Shown here in pieces: positions 16,643 to 25,119 of a stretch of DNA of 31,108 nt. This stretch comes from a virus (Duplodnaviria > Caudoviricetes), in the IMG/VR virus record IMGVR_UViG_3300034357_000180, positions 1 through 31,108 of that record; one strand, 5' to 3'. Below the pieces are notes generated by a model that made no database searches, was not told the origin of the DNA, and saw only the letters and a program-made list of their open reading frames with translations. Within the stretch, counting starts at the first letter, position 1, and each line of letters begins with the position of its first letter. The position numbers and the translations under genes are program-made.

Positions 16643-17820
16643 TATTCCGGCGGGTCTGCGTCAACGCCGACCGGCGGTAGATCGGGATTCCCACCCGGAC
16701 CGGCCATAGGCGCGCCCGGCAATGCCATAACGAACGCATCGCCGCCGGGGAAATAAGGTTCCATACCCTCAACGTGGCGCGCTTCGTTCGGCGTAATAAA
16801 ACCGGAAGTTATGCCGAGCTGGTGAGCGCGGTATCGGTTAATCGTATCGGCGCGAAGAAACGCGGAAGTATCAAACTCGACGCGCTGCCCGGTAGGCATA
16901 AGGTTAGAAAACGCCGCTTCGATTCTGCGCAACCATGGCAGAAGAGTAAACGTAAGAAAGTTTAAACCGGCCTGTTCGTTATTTGTGTACGTCTGACTAG
17001 CCGATTTTGCGCCGATCATATGCGCCGGAATACGGAAGATGCGCGCGATTTCTGCTACTGCATATTCTCGCGACGCGTTTAATTCCATATCGGCAGCAGA
17101 CGCGCTAATAGGTTTCCACTTAACGCCACCGGAAAGAACGGCGGGACGACGGCGACGGCGGTGCTGCGTCTCCCATGTAGCCTGCAAAACCTTCGCGGCC
17201 TCGACGGTTATATCTCCGTCTACCTCTAGAACCGAAGACGGCGTACCGCCTTCTCCGTACCATTGCGATACGTGACGTTCCACGGCAAGCGCAGAGCCGA
17301 TCGTATTACGTTGCTGATGTAACGGGCTAATACCCTTAGCGGCTTGCGGCGGTGTAAACCATCGCAAGTGCAGAACTTGGTTAGCGTCAATGTCTGAACC
17401 GGCGACCGTGTACGTACGCGAATTTCCTACGATAGTTACATTTACGTTATCGGGATGTAGCGGCACGACCTGAGAAGGAAGCCCGGCAGTACCGCCCGCA
17501 TAGTCAAGCCATAGATACGCGTTGCCGTGAAGCGCCAGCGACGAAACAACCATATGAATAAGTTCGTATTGCGTAACCGTTTCGGCCGGGTCAGTTAAAA
17601 AGCTAGGAGTCTCGATACGTGTATTGCGTTCGCCGGTCTGACTGACCGCACGCAACGGCAACGCCGCTACCGAGTCGGCCAGTAGAGAAACGCACGACAG
17701 AACCGCCGCAACCTCTAGCGCGGTTTCTTCTGTAACGTTCTCGCCTGACCAGTTGTTACCGACAAGGAAACCGGTATTCCGTAACGGCGCGGGCATCGCC
17801 CGCTTAGCAAAAAGACTCAT
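16642..17820 (-). CDS. Portal protein, HK97 family
   Basis: AVLSCVSLLADSVAALPL, HGNAY, GISPL, EIARIFRIPAHMIG and TPNEAR motifs. Confidence 0.97.
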   Translation of the reverse strand: MSLFAKRAMPAPLRNTGFLVGNNWSGENVTEETALEVAAVLSCVSLLADSVAALPLRAVSQTGERNTRIETPSFLTDPAETVTQYELIHMVVSSLALHGNAYLWLDYAGGTAGLPSQVVPLHPDNVNVTIVGNSRTYTVAGSDIDANQVLHLRWFTPPQAAKGISPLHQQRNTIGSALAVERHVSQWYGEGGTPSSVLEVDGDITVEAAKVLQATWETQHRRRRRPAVLSGGVKWKPISASAADMELNASREYAVAEIARIFRIPAHMIGAKSASQTYTNNEQAGLNFLTFTLLPWLRRIEAAFSNLMPTGQRVEFDTSAFLRADTINRYRAHQLGITSGFITPNEARHVEGMEPYFPGGDAFVMALPGAPMAGPGGNPDLPPVGVDADPPE

Positions 17821-17960
17821 CGGGTAGCCGCCAAGTAAGAACCGGCAATAACCAAAACGCCGCCACTAATAAAAGCAAACGGAACCGAAACCATAGCGAT
17901 ACCGCAAACGATCGCCGCGGCCCCGATAATTTCAGCGAAAGTAGTTAAGGCGTTACGCAT
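17817..17960 (-). CDS. 47-aa two-TM protein between TerL and portal (not in ORF track)
   Basis: MRNALTTFAEIIGAAAIVCGIAMVSVPFAFISGGVLVIAGSYLAATR; overlaps both neighbours. Confidence 0.75.
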   Translation of the reverse strand: MRNALTTFAEIIGAAAIVCGIAMVSVPFAFISGGVLVIAGSYLAATR

Positions 17961-19497
17961 CGGTAAAGCTCCACGGGTCGATAATTTGCGGCACCGTAGC
18001 CGGTGTCGGAACGTGCGTAGCGTGCCATACGGCGCGCTCTAATCCTGCGACAGCGCAAACGCCTAAGTCGATATGGCGGGTGCTTTGTTTGTTTTCTTTT
18101 GTAGGGCGCGCGCCGCGGGCGTCAATCTTTAGAACCATATTTTCTACGTGGCGTGCTAGTCGCGGGTCGCCGCTATGGGTAAAGGTTTTATCTAGGACCG
18201 CATCGTAGAAAAGTTTCCACGCGGTAACCATTCGCTGAACCGATCCCATAGGGTATTCAAGCATCGGTAGACCCTCATCTTCGAGAGCCTGCATAGAGCG
18301 TTGCCAGCGGTACGGGTCCATACCGATTTCGGCAACCTGCATAGAACGTGCTGCGTTACGTATAGCGGTTTCTACTTCGCTAATCGGTACGCGCCATTCG
18401 TTAGAGTCGCCGGGCTTTTCCCATAAATCGAGAACGTACATATGCGGCCGTTCCTCAACCGTGACCACGATTACGCCGGTACTGTCACCGGACCAAGAAC
18501 CATCGGCCATAAGCACAACGGGTATAGCCGGATCGGCGATACGGTCCGGGTCGGCAAGCTTTCCCCACGCGCCATGCGGCAGCGCAGCAGACGAACCGAC
18601 TACCCATACGTTCGTTCGTTTCGTACGAAATTCGGATTCAGGGGTACGCACAAGCGTAGAGCGGAAATCTTCGTAACTGTTTAGGTCACCGATACCGGGG
18701 TTAGCTTCGGCCCAAACTTTAGGGTCGGTATGGTCGGAGTCCGAACCGGCTTTCGGTTCCCACCATGCAAAGAAAAACGTAGGGTCGTCTATCTCTTTAG
18801 CGGCAACCTGTTTGCCATGCTGGTAAAGCGAATAGCAGAAAGAATCTCGGCCGTAGTTGTCGGTACGGGAACCGGCAGTAGTGATACCTAACATTAAAGG
18901 TTCGTGCCGAGCGCCAGCGCCGAGCGCCATAACGTCCCATAGTTCGCGGTCCGGCTGAACGTGAACTTCATCAAAAACAACCATTGTCGGAGAGAGACCT
19001 TCGGACGCTCCCGCTTCGCGACTGAGTACCCGATAGACCGAACCGGTTTCAGGAACCTCGATAGCGTCCCGGTAAACTTTAGAAATAGAAGAAAGTTCAG
19101 CGTCAAGCTCAACCATGCGGCGAGCCGAACCAAAAACAATACGAGCCTGCTCACGGGTACCAGCGCAAGAATAAACCTCACCGCCTGCGTCGCCGCAATA
19201 AAGCGACCACAACGCAAGCCCGGCACCTAACGCGCTCTTACCTTGCTTACGTGGCAAGCCGACAAGCGCGGACCGGTGTTTAAGTTTTCCGTCGGCAGTC
19301 TCCGCTAACAAACTGTCTAGTAGTTTTAGCTGCCACGGTCGTAGGCGAATATGATCGCCAGCCGCACCGCCGACCGAAGCCTTAACTACCCGAGCGTAAG
19401 TGTTAATAAATTCGGAAGCCTCATTACCGCGCGTCTTCGTCTTAGCGGTTGCGTTAAACGAAAGCCAACGCGACGGCCAGCCGCTAACCCTCGCCAC
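17953..19497 (-). CDS. terL: Terminase large subunit
   Basis: LRPWQ, Walker A PRKQGKS, Walker B VVFDEVH, ITTAG, ANP and nuclease D...D...HIDL motifs. Confidence 0.97.
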   Translation of the reverse strand: MARVSGWPSRWLSFNATAKTKTRGNEASEFINTYARVVKASVGGAAGDHIRLRPWQLKLLDSLLAETADGKLKHRSALVGLPRKQGKSALGAGLALWSLYCGDAGGEVYSCAGTREQARIVFGSARRMVELDAELSSISKVYRDAIEVPETGSVYRVLSREAGASEGLSPTMVVFDEVHVQPDRELWDVMALGAGARHEPLMLGITTAGSRTDNYGRDSFCYSLYQHGKQVAAKEIDDPTFFFAWWEPKAGSDSDHTDPKVWAEANPGIGDLNSYEDFRSTLVRTPESEFRTKRTNVWVVGSSAALPHGAWGKLADPDRIADPAIPVVLMADGSWSGDSTGVIVVTVEERPHMYVLDLWEKPGDSNEWRVPISEVETAIRNAARSMQVAEIGMDPYRWQRSMQALEDEGLPMLEYPMGSVQRMVTAWKLFYDAVLDKTFTHSGDPRLARHVENMVLKIDARGARPTKENKQSTRHIDLGVCAVAGLERAVWHATHVPTPATVPQIIDPWSFTDA

Positions 19498-19915
19498 GCG
19501 CCCGGCGTAACTGCTCGAGCTTAGTAGCCGATTTCACTTCGGCCAGTCCGAGACGCGACCGGCCCGAAGGATCAAAACCAAGCGTCCCCATTTGCGAAAG
19601 TATTTGCTTATCTAAATCGCGTAAAGCCTTACGCGCTTCGGCCGATTGAGTAGCCATAACCACGGTGCGCAAACTTGCGCGCTCTTCCATTGACTCGCGC
19701 AACATTGCGCAAGCGAGAGTATCGGTCTGAGCTAGCCAAATTTGCCCGGCACTTAGCACGTAATCCAACGCGCTAACCGGATCTAGCTCTACTGGTTCCG
19801 GCATGATGGCGGGAACCGCGGCAAGGTTAGACAAATTAGGAACCCGGTCGCCGCGTGCAGTCCCGCGGCGTTTCTTAACTTCGGTCGGCGTAGGCGGTCT
19901 GCCTCTCGGTGCCAT
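19484..19915 (-). CDS. terS: Terminase small subunit (P27-like)
   Basis: GRPPTPTEVKKRRGT N-terminus and LGFDPSGRSRL C-terminus; adjacent to terL. Confidence 0.9.
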   Translation of the reverse strand: MAPRGRPPTPTEVKKRRGTARGDRVPNLSNLAAVPAIMPEPVELDPVSALDYVLSAGQIWLAQTDTLACAMLRESMEERASLRTVVMATQSAEARKALRDLDKQILSQMGTLGFDPSGRSRLGLAEVKSATKLEQLRRARGEG

Positions 19916-19926
19916 AGATTCCCCTT

Positions 19927-20511
19927 TTACGAAAGCAACTTACGAATAACGCGACCGATCGGTTTAAGGTCGCGCGAAGAATTCAGCGCGGAACCGGTCA
20001 CGGTGAGATAACGACCCGACCCGTAGATTTCAACGGAACCCGGACCATACGAAACAACGCGCCCGCCGAAGCTAAGCGAAGCCGTCCCCCAAATATGTAA
20101 ACCCGTACCCGAAGGCGAAAGCTCTACATAGGTTCCGGCAACGTCGGAAAGTAAATTGCGTACCCATACATCCGGCACGCCATCGGTCACGCAATGATCT
20201 ACGTCTAAACAAACAACGCCGTCGCCGTTCAAAACAAAACCTAAACCGACACCGGCAGTAGAACTAATTACGTCTTCGTAATCAGTCCACGTAAACGGAT
20301 TCACAGACGAAGCCGTACGCCCGTCCGCTTGTAACGGAATCTTTGAAGCAGTGCGCCTAATCCATCGCGCGCGACTGGTTAGCTCAACCGGAAGCACAAG
20401 CCCGCGCCGGGCGAGACGGTGCGCAGCAGTACGGCAGCGAGTCGAGCAATAACGTGCGTCAGCTCGAGCTAAGACGGACAAAGAATCTAAACAGTTAGAA
20501 CAAAAGCGCAT
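19927..20511 (-). CDS. Stand-alone AEP prim-pol domain with N-terminal Zn finger
   Basis: CxxC...YCSTRCR finger; GLGFVL, CLDVDHC (DxD), ELSPSGTGLHIW and VEIYGSGRYLTVTG prim-pol motifs; no helicase domain. Confidence 0.85.
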   Translation of the reverse strand: MRFCSNCLDSLSVLARADARYCSTRCRTAAHRLARRGLVLPVELTSRARWIRRTASKIPLQADGRTASSVNPFTWTDYEDVISSTAGVGLGFVLNGDGVVCLDVDHCVTDGVPDVWVRNLLSDVAGTYVELSPSGTGLHIWGTASLSFGGRVVSYGPGSVEIYGSGRYLTVTGSALNSSRDLKPIGRVIRKLLS

Positions 20512-20560
20512 GACCGAGATAATAGCGTGTAACGGCTACGCGCGCGTGACTAGCGGAAAC
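20512..20560 (-). promoter_or_regulatory. Putative leaderless promoter for the prim-pol gene
   Basis: TATTAT (20519-20524) lies 7 nt before the ATG; no Shine-Dalgarno sequence. Confidence 0.5.
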
Positions 20561-20699
20561 TTGTCGGAGATTTTAAAACTTCGCTTAGGTTGACTGCTAA
20601 CGGGTTGCCAGCACTCGAGACCCGAACCCCTAAGGTCTGCGCAGCTAGCGACGCTCTACGGGCGATCTAGGCGGTTATCGCGACCCTCTGAGGAATTAT

Positions 20700-20790
20700 G
20701 ACAATGCACACAAAAGGGTAGGGCGTGGGTCTTGGCCGCTTGCGTGTTGTGAAAAAACCGGGTGGCCGGGGTGGGGTGCCTGCGCGGGTG
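20700..20790. other. Probable cos/packaging-initiation region
   Basis: Non-coding gap between HNH and terS; G-run clusters; strand composition flips here. Exact ends cannot be determined. Confidence 0.45.
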
Positions 20791-20854
20791 CGTTCGAATC
20801 CGTTCGGATTTGCGCGCGATTTCGTTAGCGATTTGTGTCGCATATGTCTAGCGG

Positions 20855-21166
20855 TCAACCTCTAACGCGTCTGCGCTTCGCACGTTCGTTACATGATCGG
20901 CAAGAGGGTAACCATCCGGCGGACGGGTCTCCGTCTATTACGTGAGCTGCAACCATTTCGCTAGGCGAGACCAGTAGGGTGCCGCATCCGTACCCGCATA
21001 AGGTAGGTAGTTGCGTTAGTAGATCGGCTCTAGCTTGCTTGTGATGTAGGTCGTAGCCGCGTGCGGTTGAGCTTGCGCGTATTCGTCTTCGGTTGCGTAC
21101 CAGTCGGCAGGGGTTACACCTGTCGTCGGCGGTAGGGGTTCCGCAGTCGATACACGGGCGACGCAT
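20855..21166 (-). CDS. HNH endonuclease, terminase-associated (HK97 gp74-like)
   Basis: RRPC..CG, SSTARGY, C...CG, AAHV and SCRSCN motifs; position upstream of terS. Confidence 0.8.
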   Translation of the reverse strand: MRRPCIDCGTPTADDRCNPCRLVRNRRRIRASSTARGYDLHHKQARADLLTQLPTLCGYGCGTLLVSPSEMVAAHVIDGDPSAGWLPSCRSCNERAKRRRVRG

Positions 21167-21213
21167 TTGTTTAAGCGTTACCTAGTTCTTGCATTGTCGC
21201 CGTAGCGTAATCG

Positions 21214-21513
21214 TTAGTTATCCACAAGGCTTAGGTATTCGGGGTCGTCCCACCATAAGCCCCATACGGCTATGGGGTTATAGCCGAGCCGGGTAGCTAA
21301 CTGGTCTGCGTACCGTAACGGTATTCCGTGTTCTGTCCACCGGGTTACTGTCTTGCGGGATACGCCAAGTAGGCGGGCTAGTTCTTCGGCTTTAACGCAT
21401 CCGCTGGTTACTGCCGCGTTGTCTCCGCAATAGCGGCAGGTCTTCGCGTGTAGGGGTTTACCGGCTACGTATGCGGCGGCGTCGTATAGGGGTCGAGAGG
21501 GTAGGCGACTCAT
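21214..21513 (-). CDS. Helix-turn-helix DNA-binding protein
   Basis: Start MSRLPSRP (ATGA overlap); AEELARLLGVSRKTVTRW HTH; ADQLATRLGYNPIAVWG. Confidence 0.7.
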   Translation of the reverse strand: MSRLPSRPLYDAAAYVAGKPLHAKTCRYCGDNAAVTSGCVKAEELARLLGVSRKTVTRWTEHGIPLRYADQLATRLGYNPIAVWGLWWDDPEYLSLVDN

Positions 21514-22109
21514 TCGGGAAACATCGGTTCGGTTCGCGGGTGTGGGCATCGGACGCGCGCGCCGCTGTGATGCTGGTCTAGTTCGTCGGTATTCGGTTTC
21601 GTTCCGGTCTGCGCTACGTGGTCGTAGCACCATCGGCAGAGCCATAGCGGTTCGGGTAGGCGGTCGCCTACGGTGCTACGTTCTTGCGTTAGTGGCGGTT
21701 CCCAGCGTGGGATTCCGTTTGCTACTTCGATTCGTGCGCAGCTCTCGCAATGCGGTTCGTTAGCGTCGGCCATGCGCTGCCGTTCTAGGGCGTTAGGTGG
21801 TCGCGGCGTGTAGGTGTTTACGATTGCTAGGGCGCGGTCTAAGTGTTGTCGGGCTTTAGCTAGGTTCTGTTCTAGGTCGTGCTGGTCGCGTGCTGCGTTG
21901 TCTGGTCTGAGCGCTGCGGCGGCGGTGGGGTCGCTTGTTCCGGTTGCGGTGATTTTGTCGGAGTCGTATCGGATCGCGGACGGTTGGCCGTTGCGGGCGT
22001 CTCGTATGCGGTCGAGTACGGTGCCGCCGTACTGGTCGCGGGTTTGGATTAGGCGCAGGATCGTTAGCGCCGTGGTCGCGGTTTCGTGTGTGTCGCGCGG
22101 TATTGCCAT
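21510..22109 (-). CDS. Hypothetical protein with C-terminal CxxC...CxxC
   Basis: Long ORF in operon; CESC and CRWC pairs; GGAG RBS. Confidence 0.7.
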   Translation of the reverse strand: MAIPRDTHETATTALTILRLIQTRDQYGGTVLDRIRDARNGQPSAIRYDSDKITATGTSDPTAAAALRPDNAARDQHDLEQNLAKARQHLDRALAIVNTYTPRPPNALERQRMADANEPHCESCARIEVANGIPRWEPPLTQERSTVGDRLPEPLWLCRWCYDHVAQTGTKPNTDELDQHHSGARVRCPHPRTEPMFPE

Positions 22110-22161
22110 TGTGCAGGGTCTCCGGTCGTCTGTAGTGGCGTAGGTTCGTTAGTTAAGCGTG

Positions 22162-22863
22162 CTAAGGCGTTGCGGGTTCGTTCGGTAGGCTTTCCCGCTT
22201 AAGTAGTCTTAGGGCGACTGTAGAGCCGTTTAGCGCGGCGGCGATTTGTGAAGTGTTCGCCGTCGGGTACTGCTCAAGTAGGCGCGTTGCTTTCGCTATG
22301 GCGTCTTCGTCGCTGGTCATTTGGTCGCGTACGGTGCGTCGCCATGCTTCCGGGTTTCGTATCCCGGTCGTAGTTGCTTGCCGCTGGCGTACTGCCTCTT
22401 CGATTGCAGCGGTAACGGTTTCGGTTGCTGACGGTTCCGAAGATGGTTTTACGGGTCGGGTCGGGATGGGATGGGTACCTGCTTCGTGCGTTTGCTTCGT
22501 TAGCAAACTGTTTTTGCTTGCGGTTTGCTTTGGCTTTGCTTCGGTTTTGCTTCGTTTTTGACCGGAAACTAGGCCGCCTTTACGTCCGGCTTCGGCTCTG
22601 CGTTCCGATACCGTGAGCGTTTGGTATTCCGTCCAGTTATGGATTCGGTACCCGTCGCCGTCGATAATCCATAGCCCGGCGTCCACTAACGCGGTAGCGT
22701 CTTCGGTCGTGCCGCCGACCATGCGTACGAACGATTCCGGTACAAGGTCGAGACGCTGAGCGCACGACCACGACAACGCGCGCACCCATAACCCGGAAGC
22801 GGCTAGGGGTAGCCCGATAACTTTCGGGTGGCACCAGAACCCGTCGTCTACTTTCGCCCACAC
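22162..22863 (-). CDS. Replication initiator-like protein (actinophage RepA-like)
   Basis: WAKVDDGFWCHPK...GLW...LVDAGLW...GYRIHNWTEYQ N-terminal domain; internal iteron-like repeats. Confidence 0.75.
   Translation of the reverse strand: MWAKVDDGFWCHPKVIGLPLAASGLWVRALSWSCAQRLDLVPESFVRMVGGTTEDATALVDAGLWIIDGDGYRIHNWTEYQTLTVSERRAEAGRKGGLVSGQKRSKTEAKPKQTASKNSLLTKQTHEAGTHPIPTRPVKPSSEPSATETVTAAIEEAVRQRQATTTGIRNPEAWRRTVRDQMTSDEDAIAKATRLLEQYPTANTSQIAAALNGSTVALRLLKRESLPNEPATP
22452..22552. repeat. Iteron-like repeats (putative origin)
   Basis: TTTGCTT at 22491, 22513, 22524, 22535 and 22546 (11-bp phase); (C/T)GGG(T/A) pentamers at 22452-22476. Confidence 0.7.
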
Positions 22864-23075
22864 TAGGCACGCTCCGCAGCTTCGGCGCGCATACGGGAAA
22901 GCTCCGCATTGCGTTCGTTTACGATTTTCTGCGACTGCTCATAGAGCCGACATACGCCGTCGAGAGCTGCGCGTAGTTCGTCTATTTCGCGTACCGCTTG
23001 CCTAAGCCAAATAGGGTCTATGGCGTTCGGTGCTACGGATACGTTACGTAGCCGGGTCAGTTCGTCGCGCGTCAT
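22863..23075 (-). CDS. Hypothetical coiled-coil protein
   Basis: Translationally coupled on both sides. Confidence 0.65.
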   Translation of the reverse strand: MTRDELTRLRNVSVAPNAIDPIWLRQAVREIDELRAALDGVCRLYEQSQKIVNERNAELSRMRAEAAERA

Positions 23076-23281
23076 TGTTCGCCGTCCTCGCGGGTTTCGT
23101 ATGCCATCGGTCGGCCGTCGTGACCGATAAGAACCATTACTTCAATAACGTGAGACGTAACTACCCGCCGACCGTTACCCATACACCCGCCGCACCACCA
23201 TATAGCCCCGGTATTCTGCGTACACGGTGCATCTATAAAACAGTCTGAGATAGGCGCTAACGCCCATACTTCACTTTCCAT
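23072..23281 (-). CDS. Hypothetical Cys-containing protein
   Basis: AAGGGG RBS; C..CxxCxGxG-like pattern. Confidence 0.6.
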   Translation of the reverse strand: MESEVWALAPISDCFIDAPCTQNTGAIWWCGGCMGNGRRVVTSHVIEVMVLIGHDGRPMAYETREDGEQ

Positions 23282-23432
23282 AACTGACCCCTTCGCGAAT
23301 TGTGTCTAGTTGCTCTACTAACAGTCGTGCCGCTTCGAGAAGGTACACGTAGTCGAATAGGTCGTCGGTTTTTGCCGATATCGCCATAAGGCGCGCGGCG
23401 ATCTTCTCTACGGTGCACCCGGTGTAGTGCAT
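23271..23432 (-). CDS. 53-aa hypothetical protein (not in ORF track)
   Basis: AAGGGGAACCT-ATG; MHYTGCTVEKIAARLMAISAKTDDLFDYVYLLEAARLLVEQLDTIREGVSYGK. Confidence 0.65.
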   Translation of the reverse strand: MHYTGCTVEKIAARLMAISAKTDDLFDYVYLLEAARLLVEQLDTIREGVSYGK

Positions 23433-23445
23433 AGGTTCCCCTTCG

Positions 23446-24477
23446 TTATAGGTCTAGCGTTTGCTGGTTATCTTCGTTCGTTCTGCGTACCGCCTTCGCC
23501 CATTGCCCGGACTCGAATACGCGCCACTTCGCTAACTTTAGATAGTCGGTAGATAGGTCTACGTGCAAGGCTTCGCGTCCGAGCGCACGAGCGACCATTG
23601 CTACGGTTCCGGTACCGCCGAACGGGTCGAGAACTAGACCGCCTTCGGGACACCAGCCGCTAATAAGTTTGCGCGGCCATTCAGTAGGAAACGCTGCGAA
23701 ATGATCTACGCCTAACCAGTCAGGAACGCGCAGCGGCTCTAACGCCATAGACCAAACAGAACCCGGCAACTTACCGAGCGGATTAGGCGCGAAATTTCCG
23801 TCTGTGGCCGGTTGTTTTTGTATATTTATCCCACGAGTCGCGCCTTTAAAACCTAAAGCTTTGCGTTGTTCCCACGATAGACCTTCGGCGCTAGTTGTCG
23901 ATTCGCGAATTTCGTCTACTCCGGAAAAGTACGAACCCTCCCGCGTGAAATGGAACCATTGTTCGTGATTACGTCGCACTCGATCGGTAACCGATTCCGG
24001 TAACCCGTTCAGTTTGTGCCAAATAATTTCGGCCCGCAAAATCAGCGGGTCGCCAACTCTACCGTCAATACATCCGAGCGCATAACGCCACGGCAAACCC
24101 ATAAGCGATTTATTACGTACCGACGCGTTTTTATTGTACGAAGACGGGTCGCGATGCTCACCGCCTATATTCGAATTGTTATTACCGCCGGAACCGGCGT
24201 ACTTGTCGCCCAAGTTTATAAACATAGAACCCGACGGTTTAAGCACCCGCGCGCATTGCTCCGTTACCGTCCACAACGCCTCTAAAAACTGTTCGGGCGT
24301 ATCTTCGCTACCAATCTGCCCGCCGTAATGCTCGCCGCCATCCTGATAGCTGCGCAAAGCGAAATACGGCGGGCTAGTAACGATTAGGTCTACTGATTCC
24401 GGTTCTACGTATTCGGTTAGGCGGGTAGCGTCGCCGTGTATCAGCGTCGCACCCGGACCCTTATAAAAGACTGTCAT
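23446..24477 (-). CDS. Orphan DNA methyltransferase, beta class (N4-C/N6-A)
   Basis: Catalytic TSPPY precedes SAM-binding VLDPFGGTGT; HFAAFP motif. SPPY favours N4-cytosine. Confidence 0.93.
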   Translation of the reverse strand: MTVFYKGPGATLIHGDATRLTEYVEPESVDLIVTSPPYFALRSYQDGGEHYGGQIGSEDTPEQFLEALWTVTEQCARVLKPSGSMFINLGDKYAGSGGNNNSNIGGEHRDPSSYNKNASVRNKSLMGLPWRYALGCIDGRVGDPLILRAEIIWHKLNGLPESVTDRVRRNHEQWFHFTREGSYFSGVDEIRESTTSAEGLSWEQRKALGFKGATRGINIQKQPATDGNFAPNPLGKLPGSVWSMALEPLRVPDWLGVDHFAAFPTEWPRKLISGWCPEGGLVLDPFGGTGTVAMVARALGREALHVDLSTDYLKLAKWRVFESGQWAKAVRRTNEDNQQTLDL

Positions 24478-24493
24478 AGGTTCCCCTTGCTAG

Positions 24494-24976
24494 TTAGTTA
24501 AAGCCGAGCTTCGCCCTACAACCTGGCCACGGTTGCCAGCCGCGTACACGCCATAAACGTAACGCTATTTCGATTTGCTGCGCCCGTGAAGCTTGCCACG
24601 CTTGCGGTGCGTACTCTTGTCCGCCGTACCCGTTCCACGTTGCGTAATGGAACATCAGTAGCCCGGAGAAACCGCCCTTTACCGGCGGGTAGTCGTGCCG
24701 GTTACTCGACTCGCAATAGGCGAGCGCGTTCCATTGTTCGGCGGTCGGTTCTTCGGTTTGCGGTTGAACTGTCACCGTACGCGGTGCCGGTTGCGGTTTC
24801 GGTTGCGTCGTCGTCGTCGTATTCAAAAACGAAAGGTCCGGTAACGTCGTCGGCGGTAACGGTGCGCCTACTAGCTCGTTCGTAGGTGTAGGCGACACTC
24901 CCGGCGCGTCAGCTTGCGCGACACCGCAACCAGTCAGCAACAACAAAAGCACCGTTAACGTAAGTTTCTTTTTCAT
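24494..24976 (-). CDS. Lipoprotein with Rpf-like lytic transglycosylase domain
   Basis: MKKK-hydrophobic-LTGC lipobox; Pro/Thr linker; WNALAYCESS...GLLMF...TW..YGG..YAP.A.QASRAQQIEIA...GWQPWPGC. Confidence 0.88.
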   Translation of the reverse strand: MKKKLTLTVLLLLLTGCGVAQADAPGVSPTPTNELVGAPLPPTTLPDLSFLNTTTTTQPKPQPAPRTVTVQPQTEEPTAEQWNALAYCESSNRHDYPPVKGGFSGLLMFHYATWNGYGGQEYAPQAWQASRAQQIEIALRLWRVRGWQPWPGCRAKLGFN

Positions 24977-25119
24977 TTCGTAACCTCTTTCGGTTTCATC
25001 CAGTAATCACGGTTCGCACGTTTCGAACATCCGCACCGCACCGCCGTAACGGGTAGCGGAGAAACGTAATCGGTATCGCATTTAGGGCAATGCCATTCGG
25101 TAACCGGTTCGGGTCGCAT
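24973..25119 (-). CDS. 48-aa Zn-ribbon-like protein (not in ORF track)
   Basis: MRPEPVTEWHCPKCDTDYVSPLPVTAVRCGCSKRANRDYWMKPKEVTK; coupled on both sides. Confidence 0.7.
   Translation of the reverse strand: MRPEPVTEWHCPKCDTDYVSPLPVTAVRCGCSKRANRDYWMKPKEVTK

Noticed and set aside
20667-20858. 63-aa minus-strand ORF after the HNH gene
   Set aside because: It has a GTGA/TTGA-type overlap but is low-complexity Arg/Pro sequence across the probable cos region; coding status is unsupported.
21514-21645. Extended N-termini in the ORF track (also for the ORFs ending at 3523, 25586, 26495, 28837, 29683 and 29697)
   Set aside because: They overlap upstream genes or promoters; internal starts with an RBS or ATGA coupling fit better.
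22452-22552. CRISPR-like or mini-array interpretation of the short repeats
   Set aside because: The units are 5-11 bp with no unique spacers, lie within a CDS, and no cas genes are present.
23430-24488. Methyltransferase as a transposon with a 14-bp target-site duplication
   Set aside because: No transposase or inverted ends; the repeat is the common RBS-plus-ATG signature of this genome.
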